Shown: positions 34,574 to 47,271, counted from the first letter of the stretch. The stretch is 64,000 nt of DNA from Selaginella moellendorffii (GCF_000143415.4 NW_003314275.1:1431955-1495954); one strand, 5' to 3'. The notes: generated by a model from the sequence alone, not told the origin. Translations and numbers: made by a program.

Positions 34574-37036
34574 ATGCGCCTCTCCTCGCGATGGCGCCTC
34601 TTGTTTCGCAGCGGCGCGAGGCGATTGAGCACGCAGGCGAGGGCGCCGATCGTTTTCAAGGTGAGCGAACCCGTGCCCGTGATCTATCCATCGCTCAGGA
34701 ACCGCTGGAAGCCGCTGGAAGTGGTGGCTCCATTCGAGCTTCCCGAAGAGGCGCAATTCTCTGGCGATGGAAGCGATGAAGAAGATGAAGATGAGGAAGA
34801 AGAGGAGGAGCAGCATAGATCTAGGCGAGGGAGACAGGCAAAGGATCAAAGGCAAATGCAGGGAAGGGTAAAGCATCACAAAAGAGAAGAAGAGTTTCAC
34901 GAAGAGGAGGAAGAAGGCGATACGCAAGAGGAAGAAGAAGATCAAGGGATCGTAGAAATAGAAGAAGATCACGACGAAGAAGAACGTAGCGACGAAGACG
35001 ACGATGATCTCGTCATGAATTCCGAGGAGGAAGCCGACTACCAAGAGCTCGCTCGAATGGTTGACGAGGAGGATCGAGAAGAGGCCGGGGCCGCGCAGGC
35101 AGCCAAAGCTAGAGCTCGCGATCGTCACCGCAGTCGAGAGGAACCACAGGATCAAGCTCTCGTTCTCCAAAAACCTCCCACGAGATCACCGGTGGTGGAA
35201 GATCAAGAACAGGAGCAGAAGAGAGAGCAAAGTTCCAGCAGGGAATCGAGTGACCACCATAGCGGTTCCAAGAGACTCGAGCAGATCATCCGGGAGCTCG
35301 AGCAACAGGACGTGAAGTTCGACTCGGCGGCGTATGGATCGCTCCTCCAGTGGTGCGGAAACTCCAAATCCCTCGATCTGGGATCCCGCGTCTTGGATCA
35401 CATGATCAAGACGAAGCAAACGCTGGACAGATACCTCCTCAACATGCTCGTCGAGATGTACGGCAAATGCGGCGCCGTCGGACAGGCCCGACAGACATTC
35501 GACCGGATATCGCGGAAGAATGTCTTCTCGTGGACAATCATGATCACGGCCTATGCCCAGAACGGGCACAGCGCCGAGGCGATCAAGCTCCTGGCGGCCA
35601 TGGATCTCGACGGCGAGCCTCCAAACGTGGTGACGTTCGTCAACGCGCTCGCCGCTTGCTCGAGCTCGCGATCGCTCCACGCCGGCCGGATCATCCACGA
35701 GAGCTTGGCGGCGAGAAATCTCGACTCCAATCTCATCGCCCAGACCGCGCTGCTCGACATGTATAGCAAGTGCTCGAGCTTGCAAGAGGCGATCCGGGTG
35801 TTCTCCGCGATCAAGAACAAGGACACGGTGTCGTACAACGCCATGATCTCCGCGCTCTCTCGCCAGGGGTACGGCAAGGAATCGCTGGAATTGTTCCAGA
35901 GAATGGAGCTCGAGGGGTTCCGGCCGGACGAGGTGACGTACGGCAGCGTCCTCAACGCTTGCGAGCGGCTTGGCGCGCTATCGTACGGAGGCTCCGTACA
36001 CCGCCGGATTCGTGGGACCGCGCTGGAGTCGGACGTGGTGGTGGCCACCGCGCTGGTCGGGCTGTACGGCCGGTGTGGCCAGCTGGATTCTGCGCGGGGA
36101 ATGTTCGAGGCGATGGGGCAGAAGGGGGTGGTGGCGTGGACGCTCATGATCTCTTCCCTGGCCCAGAATGGGCGAGGCGATGAGGCGCTGGATCTCTTCC
36201 GGAGGATGGAATGCGCCGGGGTGGCCCCCGACGAGGTGACGCTGGCGAGCGCCTTGCTGGCGTGTGGTGGCCGCCGCGTGGAGGAGGGGCGGCGGATATT
36301 CGACGCCCTGGGGAGGGTATATCCGGTGTCCGCCTCGGCGGAACACTACGGTTGCATGGTGGAGGTTCTAGGGCGGGCGGGGAAGCTCGAGGAGGCCGAG
36401 GGTTTGATCCAGGGAATGCCGCGCAAGGCCAGCGGCGCGATCTGGATGGCGCTGCTGGCGGCTTGCAATCGGCGCGGCGATCTGGAGCGGGGGATTCGTG
36501 CTGCGAATCGAGCACAGCAGCTCGATCCCGGGAGCTTTGCGGCGTCCATGGCGATGCTCGCGGAGCTGTATGGAGCGGCGGGGCGGTGGGAGGATGCTGC
36601 CAGGGTCAGGAAGGCTGTGGAATCGAGGAATGCGAGGAGGGAGCCCGGCGGGCGGAGCTGGATCGAGGTGAACAACAGGGTGCACGAGTTTGGGGAGGAT
36701 GATGATCGTCTGCAAGGCCCTCGGCTGGACAAGATCCGGGGCGAGCTCCAGCGATTGAGCTCGCTAGCCGTCGAGGAAGGGGGGATTTGCAAGGACGAGA
36801 ATGCCAGGGCTCACATTCTTGGCTGCTGCCACAGCGAGAAGGTGGCGATTGGGTTTGGGATTGTGTCCACGCCTGCTGGGCAATTGATAAGGATCGTCAA
36901 GAATCTAAGGGCTTGCCATGATTGCCATGCGTTTGCCAAGTTTGTGTCTAGAAGGATACAGAGGGAAATAAGTGTGCGGGATCCGTATGGCTTGCATTGC
37001 TTCCACACTAATGGCTCTTGCTCTTGTGAAATTTGA
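34574..37036 (+). CDS. PLS-E-DYW-domain PPR (RNA editing factor-like) with long acidic N-terminal extension
   Basis: Arg/Ser-rich transit-like start, ~200 aa D/E-rich region, PLS repeats, PG box (EPGGRSWIEV), HSEK, KNLRACHDCH and GSCSC. Confidence 0.92.
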   Translation: MRLSSRWRLLFRSGARRLSTQARAPIVFKVSEPVPVIYPSLRNRWKPLEVVAPFELPEEAQFSGDGSDEEDEDEEEEEEQHRSRRGRQAKDQRQMQGRVKHHKREEEFHEEEEEGDTQEEEEDQGIVEIEEDHDEEERSDEDDDDLVMNSEEEADYQELARMVDEEDREEAGAAQAAKARARDRHRSREEPQDQALVLQKPPTRSPVVEDQEQEQKREQSSSRESSDHHSGSKRLEQIIRELEQQDVKFDSAAYGSLLQWCGNSKSLDLGSRVLDHMIKTKQTLDRYLLNMLVEMYGKCGAVGQARQTFDRISRKNVFSWTIMITAYAQNGHSAEAIKLLAAMDLDGEPPNVVTFVNALAACSSSRSLHAGRIIHESLAARNLDSNLIAQTALLDMYSKCSSLQEAIRVFSAIKNKDTVSYNAMISALSRQGYGKESLELFQRMELEGFRPDEVTYGSVLNACERLGALSYGGSVHRRIRGTALESDVVVATALVGLYGRCGQLDSARGMFEAMGQKGVVAWTLMISSLAQNGRGDEALDLFRRMECAGVAPDEVTLASALLACGGRRVEEGRRIFDALGRVYPVSASAEHYGCMVEVLGRAGKLEEAEGLIQGMPRKASGAIWMALLAACNRRGDLERGIRAANRAQQLDPGSFAASMAMLAELYGAAGRWEDAARVRKAVESRNARREPGGRSWIEVNNRVHEFGEDDDRLQGPRLDKIRGELQRLSSLAVEEGGICKDENARAHILGCCHSEKVAIGFGIVSTPAGQLIRIVKNLRACHDCHAFAKFVSRRIQREISVRDPYGLHCFHTNGSCSCEI

Positions 37037-38340
37037 TAGAAGAAGAAACGAGCAGTCTTGTGATCTCGTTTTGATGGAAAACTCACAATGCCTGGGCCAA
37101 AAACCTAATAACAAGCCCTACTATGCTAAAAAGGTGGACATTAATGGAATTACCACACATTACTCATGTATTTGGGCAATGTGTGAGACAGGCACACCGA
37201 ATTATGTGATTGGAGATGACAGAGTTATCTCCCGAGCTCCTGGGCCAAGCTCTGCTGATTTGCTTGCTCCAAATGAAGTAGCAACACTACACGCTAGAGA
37301 AACAAGATAGGAATTGTGAAAAGTTTGTCCTGTGAATTTTTTAATTTGGAGTTCTAACATTGAACGTAATTTACAATCACTATGACATGAATCATGAATG
37401 TAAGACACAATGCATGAATTTTAAAATTGGGTTTCTGGGTGATTTGTACCATTGGATTAACTCAAATTTTAAGAATTGCATTGAACAATAAAAAACCGTT
37501 GGATTGAATTATTTATAACAATTATTATATATCTGCATGCTACTTGCTTGCTTTGTTGGCTGTGCTGTTACTCACTGCACCTGAGCTTTGAGTTTATAAA
37601 TTGCCACTTTTGCTAGTGAGCTACAATCATTTTCAAAGTCCTATTCTACTCCTTGTAGCATCTTTGGCAAATTTGGCTTTGTTTGCCAGGCTCAACCATT
37701 GGATTGAATGATTTATAACAATCATAAATTGCCAGACATCAGTTTGCTGATGTTTGATTAAGTGTTTGGAGTAGTCCCTGAAATGCTCATTTAACAGGTT
37801 GCTCCATTTGCTTTTTAAAACTTTATTATGAACCAAAAACTGGGCAAAGTTAAAGATGAGCCTCACCTTCTTGGTTAAATTCCCCTAGCCTACTCTATTA
37901 AGCTTGTGAGAGTTTATTAAAAGATCAGAATTCATAAGCATCTAATTAAAGAGATAAAACAAAATGACAATTAAATTGAAAAATCCAGTCACAATATAGA
38001 TGATTTTCTCAAGAGAAAACTCGTCTCTTGAAATAGCCATGCTCCAAGGCAGCTCTGGTAGTGATGAGATCAAAACAGCCAAAGAAATTATCTGAAGAAA
38101 TACAAAACAAATAACACAAAAAGTGGAAAAGAAGAAAAAAAAAACCAAAGTCGTATGTATCACAGACGCTTAAGCATCACTTCTGATCAAATCCAGATAA
38201 ACCATATTTGATGCTCACCTGACAAAAGGATGTTGGTGGCTGCCACAATCAATCCCTTTGAGAAAAAAATGCCTGGAAAGAGCACTAGGGCAGAGGACCA
38301 CAATGCTTTGCAAGAAAGCAGAAGGCCTAAAAGGGTTAAT

Positions 38341-40736
38341 TTAACATACTACTTTAGTGAATATATTAGCCATGAGAATGTAGCTTGTAGCTTTCTTCTC
38401 ATCTACCCTCAGCAGAGATTCAAAAGCAAACCTCCCAATTTCCACATTCTGCCACTTGTGACATGCAGCCAAAAGAGAAGTCCACGTAACCACGGTTGGC
38501 TCCAATGGCATAGACTTCACCATTGCCACGGCAGCATCCAGCTCATTTGCCCTCCCCAGCATATCCACCATACAATGGTAGTGCTCTCTCCCAGCCTTGA
38601 TCCCATACCTCGCCACCATTTCCTGGAAATATTTCCTTCCACTGGCCACCTCGCCCGCATGGCTACACGCTGTGAGAACCGAGAGCAACGTAACACCGTC
38701 TGGCTCCACTCCACTCTCACGCATCCTCTCCAAATTCTCCACAACACGACCTGTGAATCCCTGTGACGCATAGCCAGCGATCAAAGCGCTCCAAATCTTG
38801 ACAGAGCTACTGCCGCCGCTGCTGCTAGTGACGATCGAATCGAAAACTTCCTGAGCAGCGGCCAAGTTCCCGGACTTCGCGTAGAAATCCACTAGCGAGT
38901 TTGCGAGGAACTTGTCACTCTCGAGGCCCTGCCTGCAAATCCGTGCGTGGATTTCTCTGCCGGTCTCGAGCGATGCTAGCTTCCCGCAAGCTACCAGCGC
39001 AGCTCCAAGTGTTCTTCCGGGGATTGGATTTAACTCTAGCAGCTCTTGGAGGGCTGCAAAGAGCTCCAGTGCGAGCTCGGCTTCTCCATTTCCTGCGTAG
39101 CCATGTAGCAGTGAGTTCCACGAGATCAAGCTATGGCTTACCATCTTGTCAAACACCGCTCGAGCATCAACCATGCTTCCACACTTTGCGTACATATCCA
39201 TCAAAGCGCCGGCTACAAAACCATCACGCTCGAATCCACTGCTTGCAACGTGAGAGTGAATCTCCATACCTCTTTCCAGGCACTTGACTTTGACGATCTT
39301 TCCAAAAGCTTCAACGCCATCTTCGTCGGCAGCCAAGCTCGCGCAGGCCATCGATGCAGCGGCGTAAGTTCGAGCGTCTCGCGAGCACTTCATTCGCGAG
39401 TAGAGCTCCAAAGCGCGCTCGCTTTCGCCGTTCTCCGTGTAGCCGAGGATCATACTCGTCCAGGACACGGCGTCTTGCTGGTTCATGCTGTCAAACACTG
39501 CCTTAGCATCCACCAAGCTTCCACAAGTGGAGTACATACCGATCATAGCGTTTGATACGTAGATGTTTGAGTCGTGTAAGTTCTTGGCTGCCTCGCTGTG
39601 GAGCAATCTTCCTCGCTCGAGCCACTGGAGCTTTTTATCCGATTCTTCTCTCGCTGCTAAACTCGTAGCTGCCGTGATCGCCGCGACGAATGCTCTGGCA
39701 TCAGGATCAAAGCCTCTGAGAGCTACCATTCTCGCGAACAGATCTAGCCCGAGCTCGGCCTCTTCATTTTCCACACAGCCAAGTATGAGCGACGTCCAGG
39801 AGACCACTGAGTGCTGCTTCATTCTGTCAAACACCGCCCTCGAGTCCCGTAAACTTCCACACCTGGCATAGAAGTCGACCAGGCTGTTCTCGACAAAGAT
39901 GTCGTTGTCGTCGTCTTCATCGCAGTTGCTGCTTCTCAAGAACTTCGAGTGTATTTCCATCCCTTTTATCAGGCAACCGAGCTTGACAAACTTATCGTCG
40001 ACTTCCAGGCCTTGCTCCTTGCTTGCCGAACTAGCCAAAGCCATGATCACCGCGAGAAAAGTCCGAGAATCTGGAACGCAGCCTTGCTGATCGAGCATAC
40101 TGCCGAAGAGCTCCAAAACCATTTTTTCCTCTCCGTGAGTGGCATAGCCGAGTAGCAAAGCGTTCCAACAAGCTGTGCTACGAAGACAAGAACTCGTCCC
40201 CGTCCCTTCAAACACTTCTCGAGCGTCATCCAAACTCCCACACTTGGAGTACATACTGATCAAGCTGCTGGCAACGTAAGCGTTGGAGGCAAGCCCACTC
40301 TCGATCGCCTCCAAATGGAGCTCCTTACCAGTCACTACATCCCTGGAAGCGCTGCAAGATCTTAGCGAGGATAGCAACCTGGAAATGCGACGTTCTTCCT
40401 GTTCTTGAGAGCTAAAACTCGTCGTGATCGCGAAACTGTGCTGTGCCAGGGAGTTTTCGCCGAGCCTGGATTGAACCCATCGAGGGCAGTAGAGCGATCC
40501 AATCCACAAACTCTCCCCAGTCTCCACATTCTTGAAATCTGGAAGATTTTGCCACTAAAAACTAGGCATTGCGATGGAGCAAGAAGAACAGGTCTTACAT
40601 CTTTCTTAGCTCTGTTGTCCCGCCACACTCCTGGATTCCGGAAGAGATCGAGCCACTTGCGCTCCTCTTGCAAGATGCGATCTCCATCGCCAGGAAAACA
40701 GCAATGGTTGCGCCAAGCGATCCTCCGGTAGAGCAT
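38341..40736 (-). CDS. PLS-E PPR protein (5' exon uncertain)
   Basis: Long ORF 38341-40527 of PLS repeats with EHYHCMVDMLGRA; the ORF opens on GTG, so an upstream exon from ATG 40736 (donor GAT|GTAAG near 40598) is inferred. Confidence 0.85.
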
Positions 40737-40770
40737 CAAAGACAAGCCCGCCCTAATTTCCAAAATACCG

Positions 40771-40867
40771 GTATATTCTAAACAGAATATGCTTAGCGAA
40801 TAGAGCGGTATATTCTAAATCTAGACGGAATATCCTTATTTACAAAAAAAGAAAGTTTCGTATATTC
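40771..40867. promoter_or_regulatory. Cluster of five GNATATNC (P1BS/PHR-GARP-type) sites
   Basis: GTATATTC 40771, GAATATGC 40785, GTATATTC 40808, GAATATCC 40828 and GTATATTC 40860, upstream of the PPR gene. Confidence 0.5.
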
Positions 40868-40870
40868 GAT

Positions 40871-41864
40871 CTAAAAGCCTAGTAAAATTTCTTGACCCTT
40901 GGTTTCATATAGAAACTTGGTCTTGTAATGCACAGACATGTCGAGGCTCCACATCATGATCCCGGGCAATCTTCCACTCGTTTCATTGACGATCCTGTGA
41001 ACTCCCGCAAAGAAATCATCCCCCTGGATGCCTCGATCGCGCACCTGGAGACTCACCAGCGTCTTGTCCACGCCGAAGATCTCCGCTTTCCGGTTGTAGT
41101 TGGCCACGAACTTGTCCACCGAGGGCGCATTCCTGGTCGTATAGAACTGATAGTTGACATAATCGATCGTGGAGTTGTAGCTCTGGAAGAGTTCGATGTA
41201 CTGCGGATCGATGTTCTCGAATGGAGCGATGGTGGCGATGGTGATGATCTTGTCAGCTTTGAGCCTGGTGATAAGCTCGCCAATGCAATACGCGAAGGTG
41301 GTGTTCTCGCTGTGGAAGCTCTCATAATCGATGTCGATCCCATCAAGCGAGTAAGTGCGGACGATCTTGGCGATGGAGTTGTGGGCATTTTTTATCCAGG
41401 CTTCCGGATCTTTCGGATCATACCAGAAGAGGATTTTATCTTTCCCGGCCCGGGTATAGACACTCCAGCCCCCCAAACTCATGAGAACTTTGACGTTGCT
41501 TCGCGAGGATTTGATCTCCCGGACAGACTCTGGAGTGAGATCTTCGGACCACACCTGGCTGAAGATCCCGTTTCGCGGCTTGCCATCTTCGTCGGCATCG
41601 ACGGCGAAGCTGAGGATGAAGTAGAAATCTACAGCCGCCTCGATTGGAACCTCGGCGAATGTCACAGAGTATCCCTCGGCTCCAAGGTACTCTGCGAAGA
41701 TCTTTCTCTTGGCTTGCGGTGGAACCGTCGAATTATCTGCAAAGGTCGAACGTTTCTATCCACTTTCCATTTCTACGAATCGATTTCTTACCTTGAATTG
41801 AAGCTGAGGATCCAAGAACAAGCAAAAGCAAAGCGCCCACAACATAAGAAATCGTCATCGCCAT
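40871..41864 (-). CDS. GH18 chitinase, narbonin/chitinase-2 (class IIIb)-like, secreted (2 exons)
   Basis: Signal-peptide exon; IFAEYLGA, FILSFAVD, VKVLMSLGG, intact LDGIDIDYE and IDYVNYQFY. Confidence 0.92.
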
Positions 41865-42180
41865 GGCTACTGCTCAAACAAATCTGGGATTTTCTTCTTC
41901 TCCTCGGGGAATTTCGAGTTCTTCGTCACTGGTTCTAAGTACTCTGCCACGAAAGCGTGTGGCAATGTTTCTATGCGAGCCGACCAACGCTAAAACCAAA
42001 GCGCGGAACTATTTGGATGAACTTGCTCGATCCGGGCGAATCCCAGCCGTCAGCAAACTTTTAAACAGGGCCGTTGGATCTTACAAGTTTCAAATGGTTT
42101 CAGCCCTAACGAATATCTCCCAGCTGCACGTAGCATATTCCTAATCTACGGTCTCCTCACAACCCCAATTTTTATTGGCG

Positions 42181-43063
42181 ATGGCTTCCTCCACAGATGG
42201 CGCTGCCGGGCGCGGCGATGGCGATGGAGACGATTCTAAGAGCAGCGCTGCCGTTCTTCCCGATCATTTCGTCCCGGAGAGCACGAATCTCCCAGCTTAC
42301 TCTTGCGTGATCAAGGGGGTGGGCGATGCGATGTCGGGCGCCGTCATGGGCAGCGTCTTTGGTTTTGGTATGTTCTTGCGGTTTCTTTCCAGCTTGCTCG
42401 AGAATGTGAGCGATCGAGGATGTCTTGTGGCAGGCACTGGGCTGTTCCAGAAGAAGGGTTTCAAGGGAGCTCTCCACTCTGGTGCTTCATCCGCCAAGGT
42501 ACCATAAACTCTTCTCTTTCCGGAAGACAATTCCAATGCTTCTCGCTTCTCCAGACCTTCGCGATTCTATCCGGCATACATGGATTTGTGACGACTCTCC
42601 TGATCCAAATCCGTGGAAAGAAAGATGGTATGCTGCTCTTTTCTCGGAATTTTTTTTCTAAACTTTCTTGCAGCGATCAATGCTGGAATCGCTGGTTGTG
42701 CCACCGGCATTGCTCTCAGCGCTCCAGGTTCGCATTTCTATCAAACATAGATCTTATAGAACTTAAAACTTCTTTGCTCCATCGCCAGGGAATCCAGCAG
42801 CGCTCTTGCAAGGCTGCGCAACGTTTGGGGTGTTCTCCTACTTTGTGGAAAGGATGAACACCACCCAGCCAGCGATCGCAGCGACGCTAACCGGCAAGAA
42901 AAAATCCAGGGACAAAAATCGCGGCAACGAGCTCCATGGATTCCCGGTGCTGCCGCCATTCACTCTCGCTCCAGCTTTCATGGACGGCTACGACGCTCTA
43001 AATCTCCCCAAATTGCAGCTACTGGGCTTCGGCAACGAGCGCAGCAGCGCAAAGTTTTTGTAA
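42181..43063 (+). CDS. Tim17/Tim22/Tim23 (PRAT) family protein, HP20/TIM22-like (multi-exon)
   Basis: GDAMSGAVMGSVFGFG, SSAKTFAILSG and IRGKKDAINAGIAGCATG. Confidence 0.87.
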
Positions 43064-43257
43064 AACTCTCGAGTGTAAAGATGAGCTCTTTTAAGATTTT
43101 GCTTCAATCGCAGCCGTTGAATCTAAAACCAATCTCGGCCGCTGATCTAAGCCAATCGCAGTCGTTCGTTTGTTAGTATGATTTTAGGGCTCTTGACGGC
43201 TTCGCCATTTAGGGCTTGTCAGTAGGGTTTTTGAGGCGGAGGAGAAATCTCGGCGCC

Positions 43258-43572
43258 ATGGGGCACACCGCTGTGTGGAACTCGCATCCGAAGAAGTATG
43301 GACCTGGATCTAGGCAGTGGTAAGGATTCTCTCGATCTTCTTCTTCTCTAGCGCGAAGGAATTTGATCGATGTTTTGCCCTGGATTTCCAGCCGGGTCTG
43401 TGGGAATGGCCACGGCCTCATTCGCAAATACGGGATAATGTGCTGCAGACAGTGCTTCAAGACTTACGCCAAGGACATTGGCTTCATCAAGGTGCGTGGC
43501 GAATTTCTCTCTCGTTTTGCTCTTGCCGGGACTAAAATCTTTGCGCCTTTCGTGTTCTTCCAGTACCGGTAG
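43258..43572 (+). CDS. RPS29: 40S ribosomal protein S29 (3 exons)
   Basis: [43 protein letters not shown]...DIGFIKYR; telo-boxes upstream. Confidence 0.96.
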
Positions 43573-44112
43573 AGTGAAATCGAGCTCCAGGAAGTTCTCA
43601 ATCTAGGAAAAATGGATCCGCGAGAGAGGCGATCGAAATTTTGACAAGAAAAAAAAAACCATGTAGCTTGAGTTCTTCCCGGAATGAAATTGTTCTCTGT
43701 TTTTCCTTGATCGAACCGAGTGTTTTAAAGTTTTTACTGCGTTGGGAAGGTCACATTCTACTGTCTCGTCACGAGATTTAATCTCTGTTACAGTTTAAAC
43801 GCGTGGCAGAGCTGGCACCGTCGAGATGAGCTGTGATCGACGGTGAGTGGTAGATGGGGCTATGGCTGCTCGTGGATGAATAGCACTCCGCGAGATCGAT
43901 CGATCGATTTAGCAACTTAGCTCCCGATCGAGGCGATCGCCGGGAAAAAGCGAAGAATGGAGGCATCCGCGACAGTAATGGTTCATACAAAGGCTCGGGA
44001 ATTCAGATGCTAGGCGCCATCGCGACACAGGATTCCTCTTCCTCCTCCTCCTCCTCCTCCTCCTTGATTCTTCCTTCTAGATGTAGGACGCGATATTTCG
44101 ATCCATCCATCC

Positions 44113-45747
44113 ATGAAGAGCGCATTTATGGTGAGCCAGCACCGATTGATCACGCTGTGCGTCGCGATAATCTGCCTCCTCCTCACGGCGCTCTACGGCT
44201 CGCTCCCGATCCAGATCACGCTAGGCAGGATCGCCAAGAGCATACGCTCCGAGTCTAGGCTGGGGATCTCCAGGACGAGCGGCAAGAACGCCAAGCTCAA
44301 GGTTTTCATGTACGAGCTCCCCAGGAAGTACAATTTCGGGCTCTTCAACAGGGATGGCCCGGCGCAAGAGATCCCGTGGAAGAATCTCAGCAATCTCCCC
44401 GGGCCGCACACCCAGGGATTGAAGAAGCAGCACAGCGTCGAGTACTGGATGACGCTGGATTTGCTCGACGAGGGGGGGCGAGAATTCCGAGCCGCGCAGC
44501 GAGTGAGCGATCCCGGCGAGGCGGATGTGTTCTTCGTGCCATATTTCGCGTCGCTGAGCTTCAATGTGTTTGGGGTGAGCATGAGGGATCCAGAGACCGA
44601 GCACGACAAGAAGTTACAGGTAAGATCTCTCGCGCTTTGGATTTTTCTTCCCTTCCTTGTCTTGACCGATCTACCAAAAGCTTTAGAACTTCTTAGAGTT
44701 TTGGAACTTCTCAGTGGTTTTCTTCGCCCAAAGTTTCTCTAGAGCGATTGATCGAGCGATGGTTTGATTCACAGGTGGGGATGATCGAGTATCTGAGCAA
44801 ATCACCGTGGTACCAGAGGTCGGGGGGCCGAGATCACGTACTCGTACTCCACCACCCAAACGCGTTCCGGTTCCTCAAGGACCGCCTCAACTTGTCGCTC
44901 TTGGTGGTGGCGGACTTTGGGCGATTTCCCAAGGGTGTCGCGGCGCTTCACAAGGACGTCGTGGCGCCTTACAGCCATATGGTCCCGACTTACAATGGCG
45001 ATGATGGGACCGATCCATTCGAGGAGAGAACAACGCTGCTCTTCTTCCAAGGACGAGTCAAGCGCAAGGATGTGAGTGAATTCCTTTCTTTTTTCGCAGC
45101 GCCCGCTTAGAATATGATTCTTTCCTCCTTTTGGTCAGGATGGTGTCGTGAGGACTCAGCTGGCGGCCATTCTGGAGAACCAGCCGCGCGTCCACTTCGA
45201 GGAAGGAATCGCCACGAACTTCACTGTAGAACAAGTAAGAAGAAAAACTCGAGAGATTTCTTTCAATAAGCTGGAAGGAAGGAGGAACTCTTACTTTGCT
45301 TTGCTTTTGTTTGCGCAGGCCATGCAAGGCATGCGGAGCTCCAGGTTTTGTTTGCACCCAGCCGGCGACACGCCTTCCTCGTGCAGGCTCTTTGATGCGA
45401 TTGTAAGTCACTGCGTCCCTGTGATCGTCAGCGACAAAATAGAGTTACCATTCGAGGACGAGCTCGACTACTCCGAGTTTAGCCTCTTCTTCTCGGTGGA
45501 CGAGGCGGTCAGGCCGGGATTCCTCCTCGGGGCCCTGGAAAAGTTCTCGAAGAGAAGGTGGATGAAAATGTGGAGGCGGCTCAAGCAAGTCACCAGGCAC
45601 TTTGAGTATCAACACCCCTCTCAAAGGGACGATGCTGTCAACATGCTGTGGAGCCAGATCCACAAGAAAGTTCCGGCGATGAAGCTAGCAATGCACAGAG
45701 CCAAACGACTTAAGATCCAAGACTGGTGGAAGTGTAAAAGGTTATAA
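44113..45747 (+). CDS. Exostosin GT47 glycosyltransferase, ARAD1-like (4 exons)
   Basis: N-terminal TM; [29 protein letters not shown] and [19 protein letters not shown]. Confidence 0.93.
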
Positions 45748-45799
45748 TACCAACCAGAGAAACTTACACAGAACGTCGTAAGGACAGGAACTACAGATT

Positions 45800-46968
45800 C
45801 TACAAGCTCATGGCTGAAAGCTTGGAAGTCACGTCCATGCTTCCTGGATCCGAGACAGGGCTCTCCCCGAGTGAAGGGGAACAAAGAACGAGGCCTGCAA
45901 AGGAAGAACTTGTATCAAACCGAGCGAGCTATAAGCGTACCTGAAGTTCGAAAGGGACTGAGTGGAGGAAGGGCGATTGGAGAGTGGATCTCTCGATCGC
46001 TGGAGCTTTCCGGGGGCCGCAGAAGCTTGCACGTCTTCGGAGGAGAGAGAGTTGTGGACGAAGACCTGGACGCATTGGAGAAGAGTCGGGGATACTTGTT
46101 GAGAATGTCCGCCGGCTGGGGCGTTGCGAGCTCCACCGACGATGGACTCTGGGCCGATCGAAGAAGAAACGATGGCGTCGATAGGCAGGACGAGGAGCTG
46201 CTCACACTTGGTCGACGAAGACGGACTGATCGGGGTGGCGAAGGCATGGCCGGAGTGATTGTCTCGGGGGTGTTCGCGAACGAGACTCGCTTGGTGCTGT
46301 TGGAAGTGGATGGCGTCGCTGCTTGAGATCCAAAACGGACCTTCTTCAAGTTGGAAGAGCTCGGGTTTCGCTTGCTCGCGGACGAGAGCTCGGGGGTGAA
46401 GTGCAAAACTTTCCTGGAATCATCTCGAGCTCCGGGAACCAGCGGCGAATCGCTCAGGCCGAGCATTTTCTCGACGGTGGGAACGATGGGAATGAGATCG
46501 TCGTTGGTCACGTCTTCTCGGCCGAGTCTACTCTCCACGGTTCTCTCTGGACGCTTTGCCACCTCCAAGAAAAATCGGTGCCAGTCCTACATTTAAAGAG
46601 AAACCTTGTGAAATTTTCTTCTTTTTCTTGGGGAATTTGCGTACCTGGAGCGTGTCCTCGACGCTAGACATCGCTCGCGTGAAATTATCGATCTCCTCCA
46701 CGGACAGCTTCTCGGAGAGCTTCTTCTTGTGGATTCCAGTAACCAGCGAGTCGATCTGCCAGAAATTTCGAGCTCCAAGACTGAATGGAATGGGGGAATT
46801 CTTGCTTACCCTCTCGATCAGCCGAGCCACGGAGCTGTGGACGACATGGAGCCGCCTCAAAGGGCTGGACGATTTCTTGCCTCCCGCATCCGGCTGCTTG
46901 TTGGTGATGACATCGAGAGGATTGCGCTTCTTTGGATGTGGAGTCCCCTTGTACTGCGATCGCTTCAT
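45800..46968 (-). CDS. Hypothetical Ser/Pro-rich protein (about 3 exons)
   Basis: ORFs 46528-47043 and 45915-46568 with CAG|GTACG donors; last exon ends DVTSKLSAMSL*; no family recognised. Confidence 0.55.
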
Positions 46969-47271
46969 AGCTCGCCCCTTCGCCGCGAAATCTCTGCGCG
47001 TAGCGCCCAAGAGCCCTAGAAAAATGCTAGAGAGGTCGGACACGGACCGTCGATCTTAGCGGGCCATTGCAACGTCTACTTTCAGTGGTTTAAAAGTAGC
47101 GCCGTACGCTCCATCCGTACTGTGGTGCCGATCTAACGGACAAGGAAGCTCCGGCGGGAATCCCGTTGGGTTCGTTGAATCTAGGGTTTGGGCGATGGAG
47201 GGATTAGGGCTCGGGGATCGTGTCTCGCGCGATCCAGATCGGCCGCGCTGATGCCGCTGGAGGCGCGCTAA

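Noticed and set aside
40928-41938. 336-aa antisense ORF over the chitinase
   Set aside because: A typical antisense shadow of codon bias with no recognisable domain.
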